Below, in pieces: positions 28,801-43,800 of a stretch of 64,000 nt of DNA. A program made the position numbers and the translations under genes. Position 1 is the first letter of the stretch. The number at the start of each line of letters is the position of its first letter. Below the pieces are notes generated by a model. It was given only the letters and a program-made list of their open reading frames with translations. It had not been told where the DNA came from and did not search any database. Source of the stretch: Octopus sinensis (lineage: Eukaryota); NCBI RefSeq assembly GCF_006345805.1, contig NC_043000.1, forward strand, positions 2,666,001 to 2,730,000. The letters run 5' to 3'.

Positions 28801-31800
28801 TACTTACCACACAGCCACTCCTGCGCCATAGCAGCATTTTGTCTGGCATGCTAACAATTCTGGAGCTTGCCATCTTAATGAAGCTAATATTGATAATCAC
28901 AGTGAAGAAGTTAATCTGTGATGATGAATGGATAATAGGCATAAATATACAGGAGTTTTAAGTACATATACAACAGGCCTCATCCTTAGCCTGTCAAATA
29001 TATATTTCTTTACTACCCACAAGGGGCTAAACACAGAGGAGACAAACAAGGACAGACAAAGGGATTAAGTCGATTACATCGACCCCAGTGCGTAACTGGT
29101 ACTTAATTTATCGACCACGGAAGGATGAAAGGCAAAGTCGACCTCGGCGGAATTTGAACTCGGAACGTAGCGGCAGACGAAATACGGCAACCCATTTCGC
29201 CCGGCGTGCTAACGTTTCTGCCAGCTCGCCTGTCAAATATAGTAAACCTATTGTATCTGGTTGATATTTTCCTAAATTTTCTTATATAAATACACAATAT
29301 TTTTGATTGCAAGTACTTTTGCAGTGTTACCTTTATGACATTTTCAAATATAAACTATAGGCAAACAGAAAAATGAAACATTAAATTGTATGCTTAAAGA
29401 TGTTATTTATATATTTCAGCAGAGTCTGCTGAAATGAATTGATAGATCCACATATAACATCCCAATGAACATCGTTTTTTTCTCTCTCTGGTAAATGCAA
29501 ATTTAATAAACAAATTTGTAATTAAACTATTGAGTATCATTGAAAAGTCTGTAAGAAGCGAAGATGACCAATTTGTTAATAATAAATAATTGTTAACTTC
29601 CTTATCTCCATTTTCTTTTCTTCTTTTAACCTATTGGGAATTTTAAAGGAATTTCATTCCTCAACAATACTAGGTATTGAACAAGTATTTCCTTGGATGC
29701 AACCATCCCTTCACGAGGTTAACATGTCCTCCAATTAAATTTTATATACAATAAGTAAATTAATGTTTGAAATACAACTCATTCTTTAACTAAAATAACT
29801 AAAATAGTTTGGCAAACTGTTGTAGGGAAGATAATGTCCATGGTTACAAGTAAGGGAGGTAATTACAATTAGACTGAAAAAATTCACTTACTAAGTCATG
29901 TATATGGTTTGCTAAATGAACTTTTTCATCTGCATCATCAAGTACTTTAAAGTAACCCTGAAAATAAAAAGTGACATAATATAATATAGATACAGTAAGA
30001 AGATGAAGATGATTTAGTTACTGAACATTACAAAATCCATATAAAAGACAAAATCGACAAGCTGTCAAGGTTAAAGTTGAAATGGAGAGTACCAGGGCAG
30101 ATGAAGACTGATAGAGGCCTGAAAAGAGATAGTCGGGTCAGAAAGTATCAGAGATAATGTAACAAGGAATAATAACAGGTGTCAGTATGCCATACAGCAG
30201 ACCTGTTAAACACAGGTTGGTATGGAAAAAGGGCACTAAAATAAAGACGGTGGTAATGATGAAAATTCAAATACAAAAATATAGTTATACATTATATGTT
30301 AGTTAGTTAGTTAGTTAATTTGGCTCAAAAGCAAATAGCAAGGCCATGTAGGGGGACATGGAGTTATGTACAGAGTGGTGTTCATGTAAAGAGTTCAGGC
30401 CACTTGAGGTCAAGGGAGGCTTTGAACAAAGCGGTCGTCGGCATCTTCACCATCTCGTCAGGCAGCTTGTTCCACGGATCCGCAACCCGGACGGAGAAAG
30501 CTCCTCTCCTTCGATTGAGATGAAATCGTCTCAGGTAGAGCTTTTCGGAATGACCCCGCAGCCGTATAGAATATGTATTTGTACAGACACTCTTATAATC
30601 GTTAAAATTTATTTAAATCTGAAATTATACATTCAAATTATTTATTAAGTATTATAATGTGAATATCTGATATTTAGTAGACATGCCCTTTGCATTTTTC
30701 AATGCAAGGACCCTATTAGGCATGTTACTGATCAGATGACAAATATTCTCTTGAAGAATTTTTTGCCAGGTTTCATGCAGTAATCTCAAAAGATCTGGTT
30801 TGGGGGATGCTTTATCGTTCTCTTTACAAAGTGTCCTGACCATTATGCCTCAGAGGTGTTCAATAGGATACATATCTGGTGACTGGTTTGGCCGTGGAAG
30901 CTTTTTAATATAATTCTGATCCAACCAGTCTTGAGTCTTTTTAACTATGTGACAAGGAGCCCCATCTTCCATAAATAGTCTTCTTTAAACATTTCACCAC
31001 TGGAGAAGATTGGAAGGAGTCCTATACATGGAAATATGTTTATCTGAGTTTATGTTCCCCTCACACTCCACCAGCTCTGGTCAACCATTGCTCCAAATTG
31101 CTCCCCAGACCTACACAGAATAGCTGCTGTGTTTTATTGTTGGCCACAATTTTTTCATGTCAAATTCTTGATCACAGAGTCTCCAGACCCACACTTGACC
31201 ACTGTTAGAAAATACAGCAAATCTGGACGCATCAGAGAATATGACAGTGTCCCAAAATGCTAGTGACCTCTCCACCATCTCAATGGTACTGTCTTTTCTC
31301 TGCTTGATATTGGCTGGTCAAAGAAGTCGCTTCCTTCTTGCTGCTCTGTCATAGTAGCCAAGTTTGTGGAGATACCTAATGGCTGTTCTGGGACTGACAT
31401 CAACTTGTTCTGTTATGTCAGAGGCCTTGCAATGAGGATTATCCTCTACACTTCTCTTAACAAAGTGAAAGGTCGAATCAGAGGGCTCTGGTTGACCAGG
31501 ATGAGGTGATGTTGACTCCTTCCACTTCCTGGTGAATTGCACAATCACTCTATTCAACTATGGAAAGAGAGATCCAGAGAAGACTGGGAATGAAGGACAC
31601 CACCTGTATGACAGTGATGCTCATTTAAAACTATGGCATGGTGTCAAAAGACAAAAACACAAACACATGGCAGGCTTCTTTCAGTTTCTATCAACTAAAT
31701 ACACTTACAAGGGTTTGGTTGGCACAAGGTTTTAATAGAAGACATTTGCCAGGGAAGCTGAAGCAGAAACCATGTGTCTGGGACGCAAACTTTTTAACCA

Positions 31801-31843
31801 CACAGCCACACCTGTACTGTATATATAATGATGTATATAACAT

Positions 31844-31886
<43 letters not shown>

Positions 31887-34800
31887 AATATAGACTGACA
31901 CTGTCACATTTTGTCTCAGAGAAACTTCTCGGAAGAGATTTTGTGTTACAACACAGAGCTTGTTATGAATAATATCAGCAGACCATCAGACACCAGTGTT
32001 ACAGCTTCATTTTGCCTCCTCAGTGACAAATACACCCAGACATTCTGCACTAAGTTGACAGTTTAGTCCCAATATAGAAATCAATAAACAAGATATTTAT
32101 TGATTGGTACAAAAGCTGGCCAAGTTAAATTAAATTAATACAAGCATCTAAAATAGTATTGGATTAACAAATGATGAATATAGCATTTGTAATAAAAACA
32201 AATGTAAAATAGTGCAGCTATAGTTGTAATATTTTATCTCAGAGAAGCTTCTATTAAGAGACATTTGTATGTCAAAAACAGAGCTCACTAAGAACAATGT
32301 GAACAGATCATCAGACACTGGTGTTTCAGCTTGGTTTGGCCTCCTTGATGATGAGTACCTTTGGACATTTTAAGTCTTTAACACAGAAATCAGTCAACAA
32401 AGCATTTGCCAATTTCTATATTGCAATGAAAGTTTTGATTAAGCTCAGCTTTTGTAGTATCAAGAAGTTCTCGGACTGGTTCTGTAGCGCGCCAACAGAT
32501 GCCAGCATATAGTTGTGTGTGCAGTGAGAGCCAGCAGTGACCTTCATGAGGCAGTGTGCTGAGTGACATCACTGTTTTTACTCCACAAGTAATTAAATTT
32601 GTGTTTTTATGACCATATGTATGCTGTAGCCTGCCATTTTGTCATGGACAGGAAGTTAGAACAAAGAATCAACGTGAAATTTTACGTTAAAGTTGGGAAG
32701 TCTGCGGCAGAGACATTGAGCATGCTTCAACAAGCTTATGGCAACAAGGCAAGGGGTCATACTCAATGTTTCAAGTAGCACAGTCACTTCAAAAGCGAAA
32801 GACCATCCTTGGAAGATGATAAGTGATCTGGAAGACCTGAAACAAGTGTCACCTCCAGAAATGTGGTGAAAATTCATCAGCTTGTGAATGAAGATTGTTG
32901 GAAGACAATCAATGACATTGCTGATGTTGTTGGTCTGTTGTATATATCTGTGCAGGCAATCCTAATGTCTTAATTGAACATGCAGCCTATCTCTGCCAAG
33001 TTTCTCCCCCCACCTGCTGACCACTGAGCAGAAAGAACAATACAAGATCTTCGTCAGTGTGCCACTGATGACTCATCTTTCATGTCAAGGATCATCACTG
33101 GTGATGAGAGTTAGGTCTACAGATACAACCCTGAGATGAAGCAGCAGTCATCACATTGGAAGAGGCTTTTACCGCCATGACCGAAGAAGGCTCAACAAAG
33201 CCACAGCTCAATCAACAGCATGCTCATCAGTTTGTTTTTGACATTTGCATTGTGCGTCGAGAATTTGACCCCTGGGGTCAAATCAATCAAGTTCTATTGC
33301 AATGTCTTGAAGTGTTTGAGGAAGGACATTTGGCGAAAGCGACCAGATCTGTGGAGCACAGAGAATTGGGTTATTCTTCGCAACAATAAACCCTGTCACC
33401 CAGCTCTCCTCACTTGTGAATTTCTTGCCAAAAACAACATGCTATTGCTTCTGCACCCAACCTATTCGCCGGAAGTCCATCTCTTCCTCAAGATGAAAAT
33501 GCAGCTCAAACGTTGCTGTTTCAACACTGTTGTTGAGATCCTGAGTGAATCACAGAAGGTCCTCTACTCACAGTAAACACCTTCCAGGCCAGACTCCAAA
33601 AATGGCAAGAACACTAGGACTAATGTATTGCCATGCAAGGTGACAATTTCAAAGATGATGTTAAAACTTAGGTAAGTTATTTTTTACTAAACATAACTAG
33701 TCCAGGAACTTTTTTATACTACTTCATATACATCATTACCTTAATCTAATGTTATTCCAAGTGCTTGCACATATTTATTTAACCCTTTTGATACCAACCA
33801 GCCTGAAACTTGCTTCGAAGTCACAAACTTTGTGTTTTAAAGTGACCTAAATCATAACCATCCATTAAAATTATATTCCAAACACCAGCTTAATAACAAC
33901 GAAGCTATTTTACTAAATTCTTCATTATTTAAAAAATTATTCAAGGGTAATGTATTTCAACAGAAATACACTAACAAAATGGTTAATCAACAGTAACTTT
34001 GGAGTCTCTTCTTTACCAATGATCACTCCATCACCACAACTTCATAAATACTTCCTCTTTTTTTTATACTATGATTGCAATGAGTCAGACTAGCTTCTAT
34101 TGTATTACAATAGTCGCTGTGATATCTTCATTCTTTCCATATGGATCAGACTTCTTTCAATAATTTATTTTAATTCAATAAGTCTAAGCTGTCTTAGATC
34201 ATTTGTGGAGGTGGATGGCTTAGTGGTTAAGGTGTTGGACTGTTGATCGTAAGATTGTGGTTTCCATTCCTGAATCGAGTGATGTTTTGTGTTCTTGAGC
34301 AAAACACTTCATCTCACATTGTTCCAGTCCACTCAGCTGGCAAAAAGGAGTGATTCTACAATAAACCAGGGAGGAATATATACATTGGAATATATACATC
34401 AGAGAAGCCAGCCCTATGCTCCTCACAGAGTAATGCAGATTAACCACCCTTAGATCAATTCACTCGTTATTTGATTTAACCTGATGCCACACCTAATATT
34501 GGCAGTGATGGCCACATCATAGTTGTAATCATCATCACTCACTATATCATTGTAGCTATCTATCCAGCTATGTTCAGTAGACACCACATGATAATATACT
34601 ATTGTATAGCTTTTTGATGTTTACCTTCAGCTAAAATGTTCAACTTCCATAACCAAGCAATAAACAGTACAAACTCATATTTATGTTAGTTAGTTAGTTA
34701 GTTAGTTAATTTGGCTCAAAAGCAAATAGCAAGGCCATGTAGGGAGACATGGAGTTAAGTACAGGGTGGTGTTAATGTAAAGAGTTCAGGCCACTTGAGG

Positions 34801-37800
34801 TCCAGGGAGGCTTTGAACAAAGCGGTCGTCGGCATCTTCACCATCTCGTCTGGCAGCTTGTTCCACGGATCCGCAACCCGGACGGAGAAAGCTCCTCTCC
34901 TTCGATTGAGATGAAATCGCCGCAGGTAGAGCTTTTCGGAATGACCCCGCAGCCGACGCTCTGGAGCAGGAGTGAAAAACAGCTCTTTCGAGAGGTTACA
35001 CTTTCCGCTTATGCTTATTGCATATAACTATCTGCAACTTTGCAACAAAGGTATATCAAAATGCAACTATGCAGGAAATAGAAAATCATTATATTCCACA
35101 GTACTTCCAAGATTTAGTTTTTCCAATACTTTTACAAAAACATATGGATCCTAACTTCTCGATGCAGAGAGTTGAATCAGTAGATAAAAATACAATGATA
35201 AAAAGTAAACCCTTTTGATACTAGGCTCTACAGAGTGTAAGGGTTTCAAAGAGTTCAGTGTGTATTTGTTCACTGCATTAGAATAAGCATAGGGAACAAT
35301 GGATTACATCTGGGTTGCTGAAGGGGAGGTTATCTTTGAGTTTTGTAGCATACTAACAGTTCTGTGGTATCTGAAATCAACGCTGCAGGAGTATCTTAAG
35401 AAGCCAATCCAACAATGAAGCTGTATGTTGTTTACATAGGCTAGAGATGGTTGAGTACCATTTGCAAATGTTTAACTGTTAGTAGAATTTTAAATGTTTG
35501 CCACTGATGGCAGTATGGACGTTGTCAACATTTCAGTACTTGGTTGGTTATATTTCAATTGTTTATGGTATACACAACCAGCAGTTTGATTAACCCTTTT
35601 GATACCAACCTGGCTGAAACCACCTCTGGTTCTGTAGTACAAATGTCTTGTTTTCAGAAGTTTTGAATTAAAATCTTCCACCAAACCTTAGCCACAATTT
35701 ATGTTCCTAACACTAGCTGAATAATAGCTAAGTTATTTTACTAAATTCTTTGTTATATTTCAAGTAATTGAAAGAAACACAGAGCATCACAAAATAAATA
35801 TGGTAACAAAAGGGTTAAAGTTGTCTATCGAAGATTTATTACTATTTATTTACTCTGTAAAATCTTTACTGTTTTGGTGGGGCTTGTATTATTAGGCTTG
35901 TATAACCAAACTTATCTGTTCTATTAATAGAAACCACTCTTCTTTAGGGTTAGATTTTAAACTGTTACCAACTTCTGACAGGTAATTTTTCTTTCTCTAG
36001 AAAGTTCTATTTCAACCAAGCCAAAATCCTTGTTACACACATGTAACTTCAAATAGAAATGCAAACTACAAAAAGTTAGGCATCAACTTTCCCAGATGGG
36101 GCCATGTTCTTTGCACTTGCTGTAAAACAGAGAACAAATACACACTAAACTCATTAGATTCCTGACTCTACCAACTAGTATCATAAGCAATTGGGTGAAT
36201 TGACAGAGATAAGGTGAACTAGCATCAGACAAAATGTTTTGAGGTATTTGTTTCAATTTCTAAGCCAACTTTGCCTTCCATTTTTTTGTGGGTTGATGAA
36301 AAAGTACCAATGCAAAGCAGTAGATGATGAAACTTGAAGGACAGGCATTTGTACAAACTCATGTTTTGAGTTCAAATCCTGCCATAGCTTGCTTGGGAAG
36401 TATACTTAACCTATCACTTGGTTGAACATCACCACCTGGCATTCTGTATACTTTTAGTGAAGCCTACTCTGTTGCAAGCAATGGGATATGGTTAATAGTA
36501 TGAGGATAGCTTCTGCTCTCCCTTCCACCAGTTTTGAACGCTCTCCAATTGGTCATGGACACTACCTTCCCTCCTATCTTCCCATTTCAATAATGATGAC
36601 ACTGACAAATCAAAATCAAGAAGCATTCAGAAAGATTACTACTTTAAAGACCATGTGAATATTATAAATTACAACTACTGGTCCAGATGCATTATGATAT
36701 ACCTTGGTTAGAGTTATTTAAGATAGTTATGAACATACTCTTTTCGTTTGGCTGCTGAAGTTGTACATTTTAGCTGAATAAATTGTCATAACAAGAAACA
36801 GTAACTACAAATCATTGTATTTGGTTAAAACATTCAATTTCAGTAATAAAACACAAAGTGTAGAGGTTAGATTTTAGCATAAATGGCTGGCAACAAGTCT
36901 TCAACTAAGGTATATTATAATGCAGCTTGACAGGAAGTAACAATTAACATTAAATAGTACTTACTTGTTGCAATTTGGTAAACTGTTCTTCACGCCAGTC
37001 AGTGCGAGCATTTGGCTGCATACACTTCTTGAAAAATACGGCTACCTTATCATCTAAATTATCTAATGCATCTGCAAGACAAGAGAGACACATTAGAGAT
37101 AAACCAGTAGGGAAGAGGACTTACACTATGTAAATGAAATATCTAGGTTTCTTATAATGAATAAGAACAGAAATAGGGAAAGTACAACGTTGGATTGTTC
37201 ATTCATTTACCTAAACTACCTCACACTAGACTGCTGTGGAAGTAATAGATTCTTTGTTATTATGTTCTGTTCTCACCTGATAATGAGATGTGCAGCTTTC
37301 TTCAGCATGTCCAGAACTAGAAGTCTTGGGCATTACATAACAAATCTAATGATACAATACTAGTGATATAATTCAAACACTCTGGTCAGCATCTAAGTAA
37401 CAAATCATAAGTCATTGTCATAAGTCTAACCCATGCCAGTTTGAACAGACATTAAATGATGATTACAATTATACTTTTTTCCATTAACTATACTAATACA
37501 ATATTAAACTAAGGCATGAAACATGAAATCTTTTGCTTTCAGTCTTCACTAAAGCCTGTTAGAAAACTGGATGCGTATGCCACTTAATCATTGTATGTCC
37601 TATGTATAAGGAGACGTTTTCCACACCATTATTTATAAGTATATGCTGATGCCCTGGTGCTCAGTTTTATGGAGAAAATGTTATTTAAAGAATTTTGTGG
37701 AACTCCTCTAAGTTAAGTACATAATTAGACATAACTAAATTAGATCATAATATATAATTGATGCATACACAAACACACAGCAAGCTTCCACAGTTTCTGC

Positions 37801-40800
37801 TTACTAAATTTGTTCACAAGGCATTGGGTGGCCTAGTGCTAAAGTAGAAGACAAGGTGCTGTCCAGTAAGACTGAACCCAAAACCACGTGTTTGCAAAGC
37901 AAACTTCTTAATCACACAGCTCTCTCACTCTTTCTCTCTCTCTCTATATATATATCATCATCATCATCATCATCATCATCGTTTAGCGTCCGCTTTCCAT
38001 GCTAGCATGGGTTGGACGGTTCTACTGGGGTCTGATGAAGCCTTCTGGCTTCATCAGGCCCAGTCAAATCTGGCAGTGTTTCTACGGCTGGATGCCCTTC
38101 CTAACGCCAACCACTCCGTGAGTGTAGTGGGTGCTTTTTACGTGCCACCCGCACTGGTGCCAGACAGAGCTGGCAAACGGCCACGAACGGATGGTGCTTT
38201 TTATGTGCCACCGGCACGAGGGCCAGGCGAGGCTGGCAATGGACACGAAACGGAGCGGTGCTGGCAACGGTCGCGAAACAGAAAGTTCTCTTACATGCCA
38301 CCGGCACTGGTAACACATCTGCAATTTCCATTGATCGATTTCCATTCTGATCGTCACTTGCCTCAACGGGTCTTCACAAGCAGAGTTTTGACATGCCACC
38401 GGCACTGGTAGCACATCCGCAATTTCCATTGATCGATTTCGATTCTGATCCTCACTTGCCTCATCACGTCTTCACAAGTAGAGTTTTGTGTCCCAAGAAG
38501 GGAAGGTATGCATACGTAGGCTGGCTCCATCCCATGTAGAAGGCCACGGGTTATGGACTCACTTGTCCTGCCGGGTCTTCTCGCGCACAGCACACTTCCA
38601 GAGGTCTCGGTCTCTAGTCATTTCCTCAGTGAGACCTAAAGTTCGAAGGTCGTGCTTCACCACCTCGTCCCAGGTTTTCCTGGGTCTGCCTCTTCCACAG
38701 GTTCCCTCAACCGCTAGGGTGTGGCACTTTTTCACACAACTATCTTCATCCATTCTCGCCACATGACCATACCAGCGCAAACGTCTCTCTTGCACACCAC
38801 AACTGATGCTTCTTAGGTCCAGCTTTTCTCTCAAGGTACTTACACTCTGCCGAGTGTGAGTACCGGCATTACACATCCATCGGAGCATACTGGCTTCATT
38901 TCTAGCGAGCTTACGCATATCCTCAGCACTCACGGCCCATGTTTCACTGCCATGTAGCATGGCTGTTCGTACACACGCATCATACAGTCTGCCTTTCACT
39001 CTGTGCGAGAGGCCTTTTGTCACCAGTAGAGGTAAGAGCTCTCTGAACTTTGCCCAAGCTATTCTTACTCTAGCAGTTACACTTTCAGCACACCCGGCCC
39101 CGCTGCTGACTTGGTCACTTAGGTAACGGAAACTATCAACTATTTCTAGTTTTTCTCCCTGGAAAGTGACGGAAGTTGGTCTCAGAGCATTTTCAGTGTT
39201 TATTGTTCCTGAGCATCTGCCACATACAAAAACCATCTTCCTAGTTAGCCTTCCTGTGACATTGCTGCATCTCTTATGTGTCCATAGCTTACACTTGATG
39301 CATCTTATAGAGTTTCTACCTACACCTTTTCTACAGATCGAGCAGGGCCATCTACCTGAAGGTGTTTGTGATTTGTCTACCTTCCTACTGATTACGACTT
39401 TGGTTTTAGCTAGATTGACTCTGAGGCCCTTCAATTCTAATCCTTGTTTCCACACCTGAAACTTCTCCTCCAGTTCTGATAGCGACTCAGCAATTAGAGC
39501 AAGGTCATCAGCATAGAGGAGCTCCCAAGGGCATCCTGTCTTGAATTCCTCCGTTATTGCCTGGAGGACTATGATAAATAGGAGGGGGCTGAGTACTGAG
39601 CCTTGGTGGACTCCTACCTCTACCCGGAATTCTTCACTGTACACATTTCCAACCCTCACCCTACTAGCGGCGTCCCTGTACATGGCCCGCACAGCTCTCA
39701 CTAACCATTCATCTATCCCTAGTTTCCTCATTGCCCACCAGATAAGGGATCGGGGGACCCTGTCGAAGGCTTTCTCCATATCAACAAAAGCCAGGTACAG
39801 GGGCTTATCTTTGGCTAGGTATTTCTCCTGCAGCTGCCTTATATATATACACACACACAGTTATTCTTACATAATACCTGTAAATATAAGAGGACTTGGT
39901 GTAATCTAAACTTAGATAGCTTTCAGTTTGTAATATAATATTCATTATGTCATGCAAGTGAATTCTGTTCCTAAATATTTTGTTCAAAATGATTCTTATC
40001 AAATCTGTTTTGGTTGAAACCTATACTGGGAATCTTCTATTAATTCTCTTTTCCCTCCTAATCTACATTACATATATTCAAAAATCTTACAACCGTCTCT
40101 ATCTGTCAATAAATTTATTGTTCAGTTGTTTTTCAACTGATGCTCAGTAATTCTTGAATGTTAAAAAACTCTGAATCCATTGGGTCTTGCTTAACTCACT
40201 CTGTAACACCAGTTCAGTCAAAGCAGGTACCTTTGCAGCCACATCTACACCACTACTCTGGTCAGTAGTCCAGTTGCTGACCAGAGTAGATGTCGAAGTA
40301 GCTGAACAATCATGTAACATAATGCTTCAAACCCAGAAATAAATTTACATTTGGTCCTTTGGCCTGCTAGAAATAGCAATCAAATCACATCAAATCAACT
40401 TAAAAAGGCCACATACACAATACTCAGATAAAATATATGCACTATGTGTGAATAAAAGATAGGATGGTCATAGCTTGAACAGGGCTGACCTGGGAATAAA
40501 TAACAACTATAACATCACCTGAAAGAACAGGTGATACCATGATCTGAGAGTGTATCTGTCTTGATTCCAAAGCAGCAGTGAGGATTTGCCAGTCTAATCC
40601 TCAAATTTCTGTCAATTTCTACTTTAGGACAAAAATGACTCACATAGAAGAAAAGCAACTTTGAATATGACTGATATGAGATAAAGACATTGGATACAGC
40701 AAAATAACTTATCTAAAGATGGTTTACATAGTAAATATATCTGACTCACTCTGTTACTGCAGTAAACTTTACTCCAAATCTTTTGAAATAGTGAACCATA

Positions 40801-43800
40801 CACACATAGATATACTATATAATAAATATGGTCAAAACTCACTTGGCTTGAACACATAGTATATACATAGATTATCATCATTGTTTTATGTCCACTTTCC
40901 ATGCTGTCATAGGTTGAACAAGTCATATCACCTGAGTTTGTCAGATGTCTAGAATGGTATCCCAAAAATGGGCTACATTAGTCACAGGAAGGCAATGAAC
41001 TGTTATATACTCGCCATGATAGATCGCTAGCCACTAAACCTTTTTCTATTTTCTCTCCCTGTTTATTTCTGTGTTCCTTTCTGTCAAAGAGCATAGGCTC
41101 GAAACGTGTAAGACCTTCTCACTTCCCGAGTGTTAAACTAATAATCTGTTTGTTGTTTACACACCCGTCTTTGTCTTTTTGTAAATTCTCACTATATATA
41201 TATATATATAGTTACAAGAAGTTCTACCTAGTTTTATTCCATTAAATGGGTAACAGACAACTGGCAATCTCATAAGATCTGGAATCTATTTCTAGTGAAT
41301 TAAGACAGTATTAAAGAGCCTTATCTTAGTGATATGATATAAATGCTGAGGTGGGTTTTTTAAATCAAACTTTTGAACTGTCTGAGATAGGTCTCAAAAC
41401 AACCAGCCTTCTACATGTAACAGAAAGCAGGGATTACGATGAGTATCCAGATTGGCCTCAATAATTGGCAGCACCAATCATAGGATGATGAATTGCATAT
41501 TTTGAAGCAAAGGCAAACTGATCAAAGATAGAAAAAAAATCCCACAGAATATATTGAAAATATTTTACAGAATCTAGTTCAAAACCTTATCTTCCAGTAT
41601 TTGAGCGTTTGGAGAGAAAAAAAAAAGTAAAAAACAGCACCAGCATATTTATTGAGGGATTTCTATCAAAAAGGTAAACAATTGAAATTCATATTTATGA
41701 TACTGCAGAACTTTTCTGTTGTTGCTATTGTCACCAGAAAACTGACCCAAAAAAACCTACCTACTGACTATAGGATTCTCATGTGAAATGGTTTGTCCTT
41801 TTACAGACACTGGTAAGTATGTAAATCAATATGAATTCAATAGCCTAACTTGTAGCCAAAATTCCTATATAAACCTTAACAACTCTTGAAATGACTTTAT
41901 AATTGACAGAAAGCTTGAATTTTATTAGTGTCTTCCTCCCATTTTTCCAACTAACACACAATAACTATAAAAAAGATAACATAAACTAGCCAATGGATAC
42001 AGAATTATAAGTTTTAATAAACACAAATTAGCAGAAGTGCTATTTAATATAAACTCAGCAAGGGATGAAAAGGAAAATTAACATATTGACACACAACACT
42101 GTGCAGTCACTGCATTTGATAAGACCCTAAAGGGCTTGTTCCTAGTCAGTCTACCAGTGACTCCAAGTGACACTGGCAGATATCTATGTAGCATTGCTAT
42201 GCAACAGGATGACACTATGCTTATGCAAGATAGAGATGTGCTAGGAGTTAGTCTCTACCACCTAAATTGCATCTAAGTAAATATGGCACAATGCAATACA
42301 GGACAGGGGTGTAAGAGTAGGTACTCAATAGGTATTGTACTATTAATAATAAATGGCAAGGTCAAAGCCAACTCATGTCAGCACAAGAACATATGATGCT
42401 GTGTTGTATAGCTCAAGTGAAAACATTCGCTCTGCAGCAGTTATTTAAATCCAGACAAACAGAAACATTTCCAAGACACTTAACACAACAGACTGTACAG
42501 ACTTAGTACTATTTGGTTTCTGAGTATATATACTGGTCATGGTACTAGTACATATAACATTTGTGTACCCACTGAGGCCAAGTTTATGAGATTGACCAGC
42601 CCACACTAAGTGATTTCTTCCTTGTAGTGTCTATTATTAATTTCAATTTTTTTTCAAAACTGTTCAATAATACATAGCTGGTCAAAGATCTAATCTTACT
42701 AGGTTGTATATTCGGGTGGTATTACGTGTGTATTGTACACCTACCAAAAATGGTAAATTCCTCATAATATAATCATGAAACATGATGGGGAAACTAATTT
42801 GTGTCCACTGCTAAGAAATATTATCTCAGGTGTTGGTAGTGCAGACGGACAGGATAATGGAAATGTGCCAAGAATAAGGACCACAGGGTGAAAGAAATTC
42901 CTACATTATTTAAGTCTGTATAAATTCGATGGAAATTTTTTAACTGAAGCTGATTTTCTAAATATTTCTGCTCTTACAATATGTTCATAATTTCTTTTTA
43001 AATTTGACAATGCATTCACAAACAAAATTTTAACTAACGCCTACTTTTGAGTACTACACATGCCCAAATAATTAAATTCAGCACAACTACCATATACCAC
43101 TGGACCTTATTGCCTTCACTAGAATACACATCTGTTTCCAACAGTTCATCCCCTTATAATTTCCTTTAACTACACTGAACCTTACAGAATTATGTTTATC
43201 TTTTCAGACGAAAGGATCAAAACCTGAAGAGAGGCCCCAGTGAATAATGTTTCACCCGCTACACACTGTTAATAATAATAATATCGATATGTTTACAAAA
43301 TCAATACATACATTCATCGTTGTTAACAGAAAATACAATGATTTTGCAGTCCGAAACACGTGAGTTTGTTTACAAACAGCGTACACCCAGCCCCTTGCAC
43401 TTCATGCCTCCTCAATCTTCCATTAACACAAAGCATTAATAATATAAATATACATATATATATATATGTATATATATATACACTTAAACACAAATGCCAG
43501 TGTGAATTACTATCTGTAGCATTAAATTATATACTTTTTGTAAATATATATATATAGATACATACATACGTGCAATGAAAATAGTCTAAAACATCTGTAA
43601 ATCTGCAATGCATATACAAGGGTTGCATAATATATGCAGCAGATTCACATCATATTATATATTTATATATATATGTATGTGTCTTATATATATATATATA
43701 CGTTACAGCAGTAGTAAGAAATGTTCGGTTGGAGAGAAGTGGTCTTTAATTGTCCTACCGCTGCCGCCGCCACCACCACAATCCTATGACAAGGCAGTGC

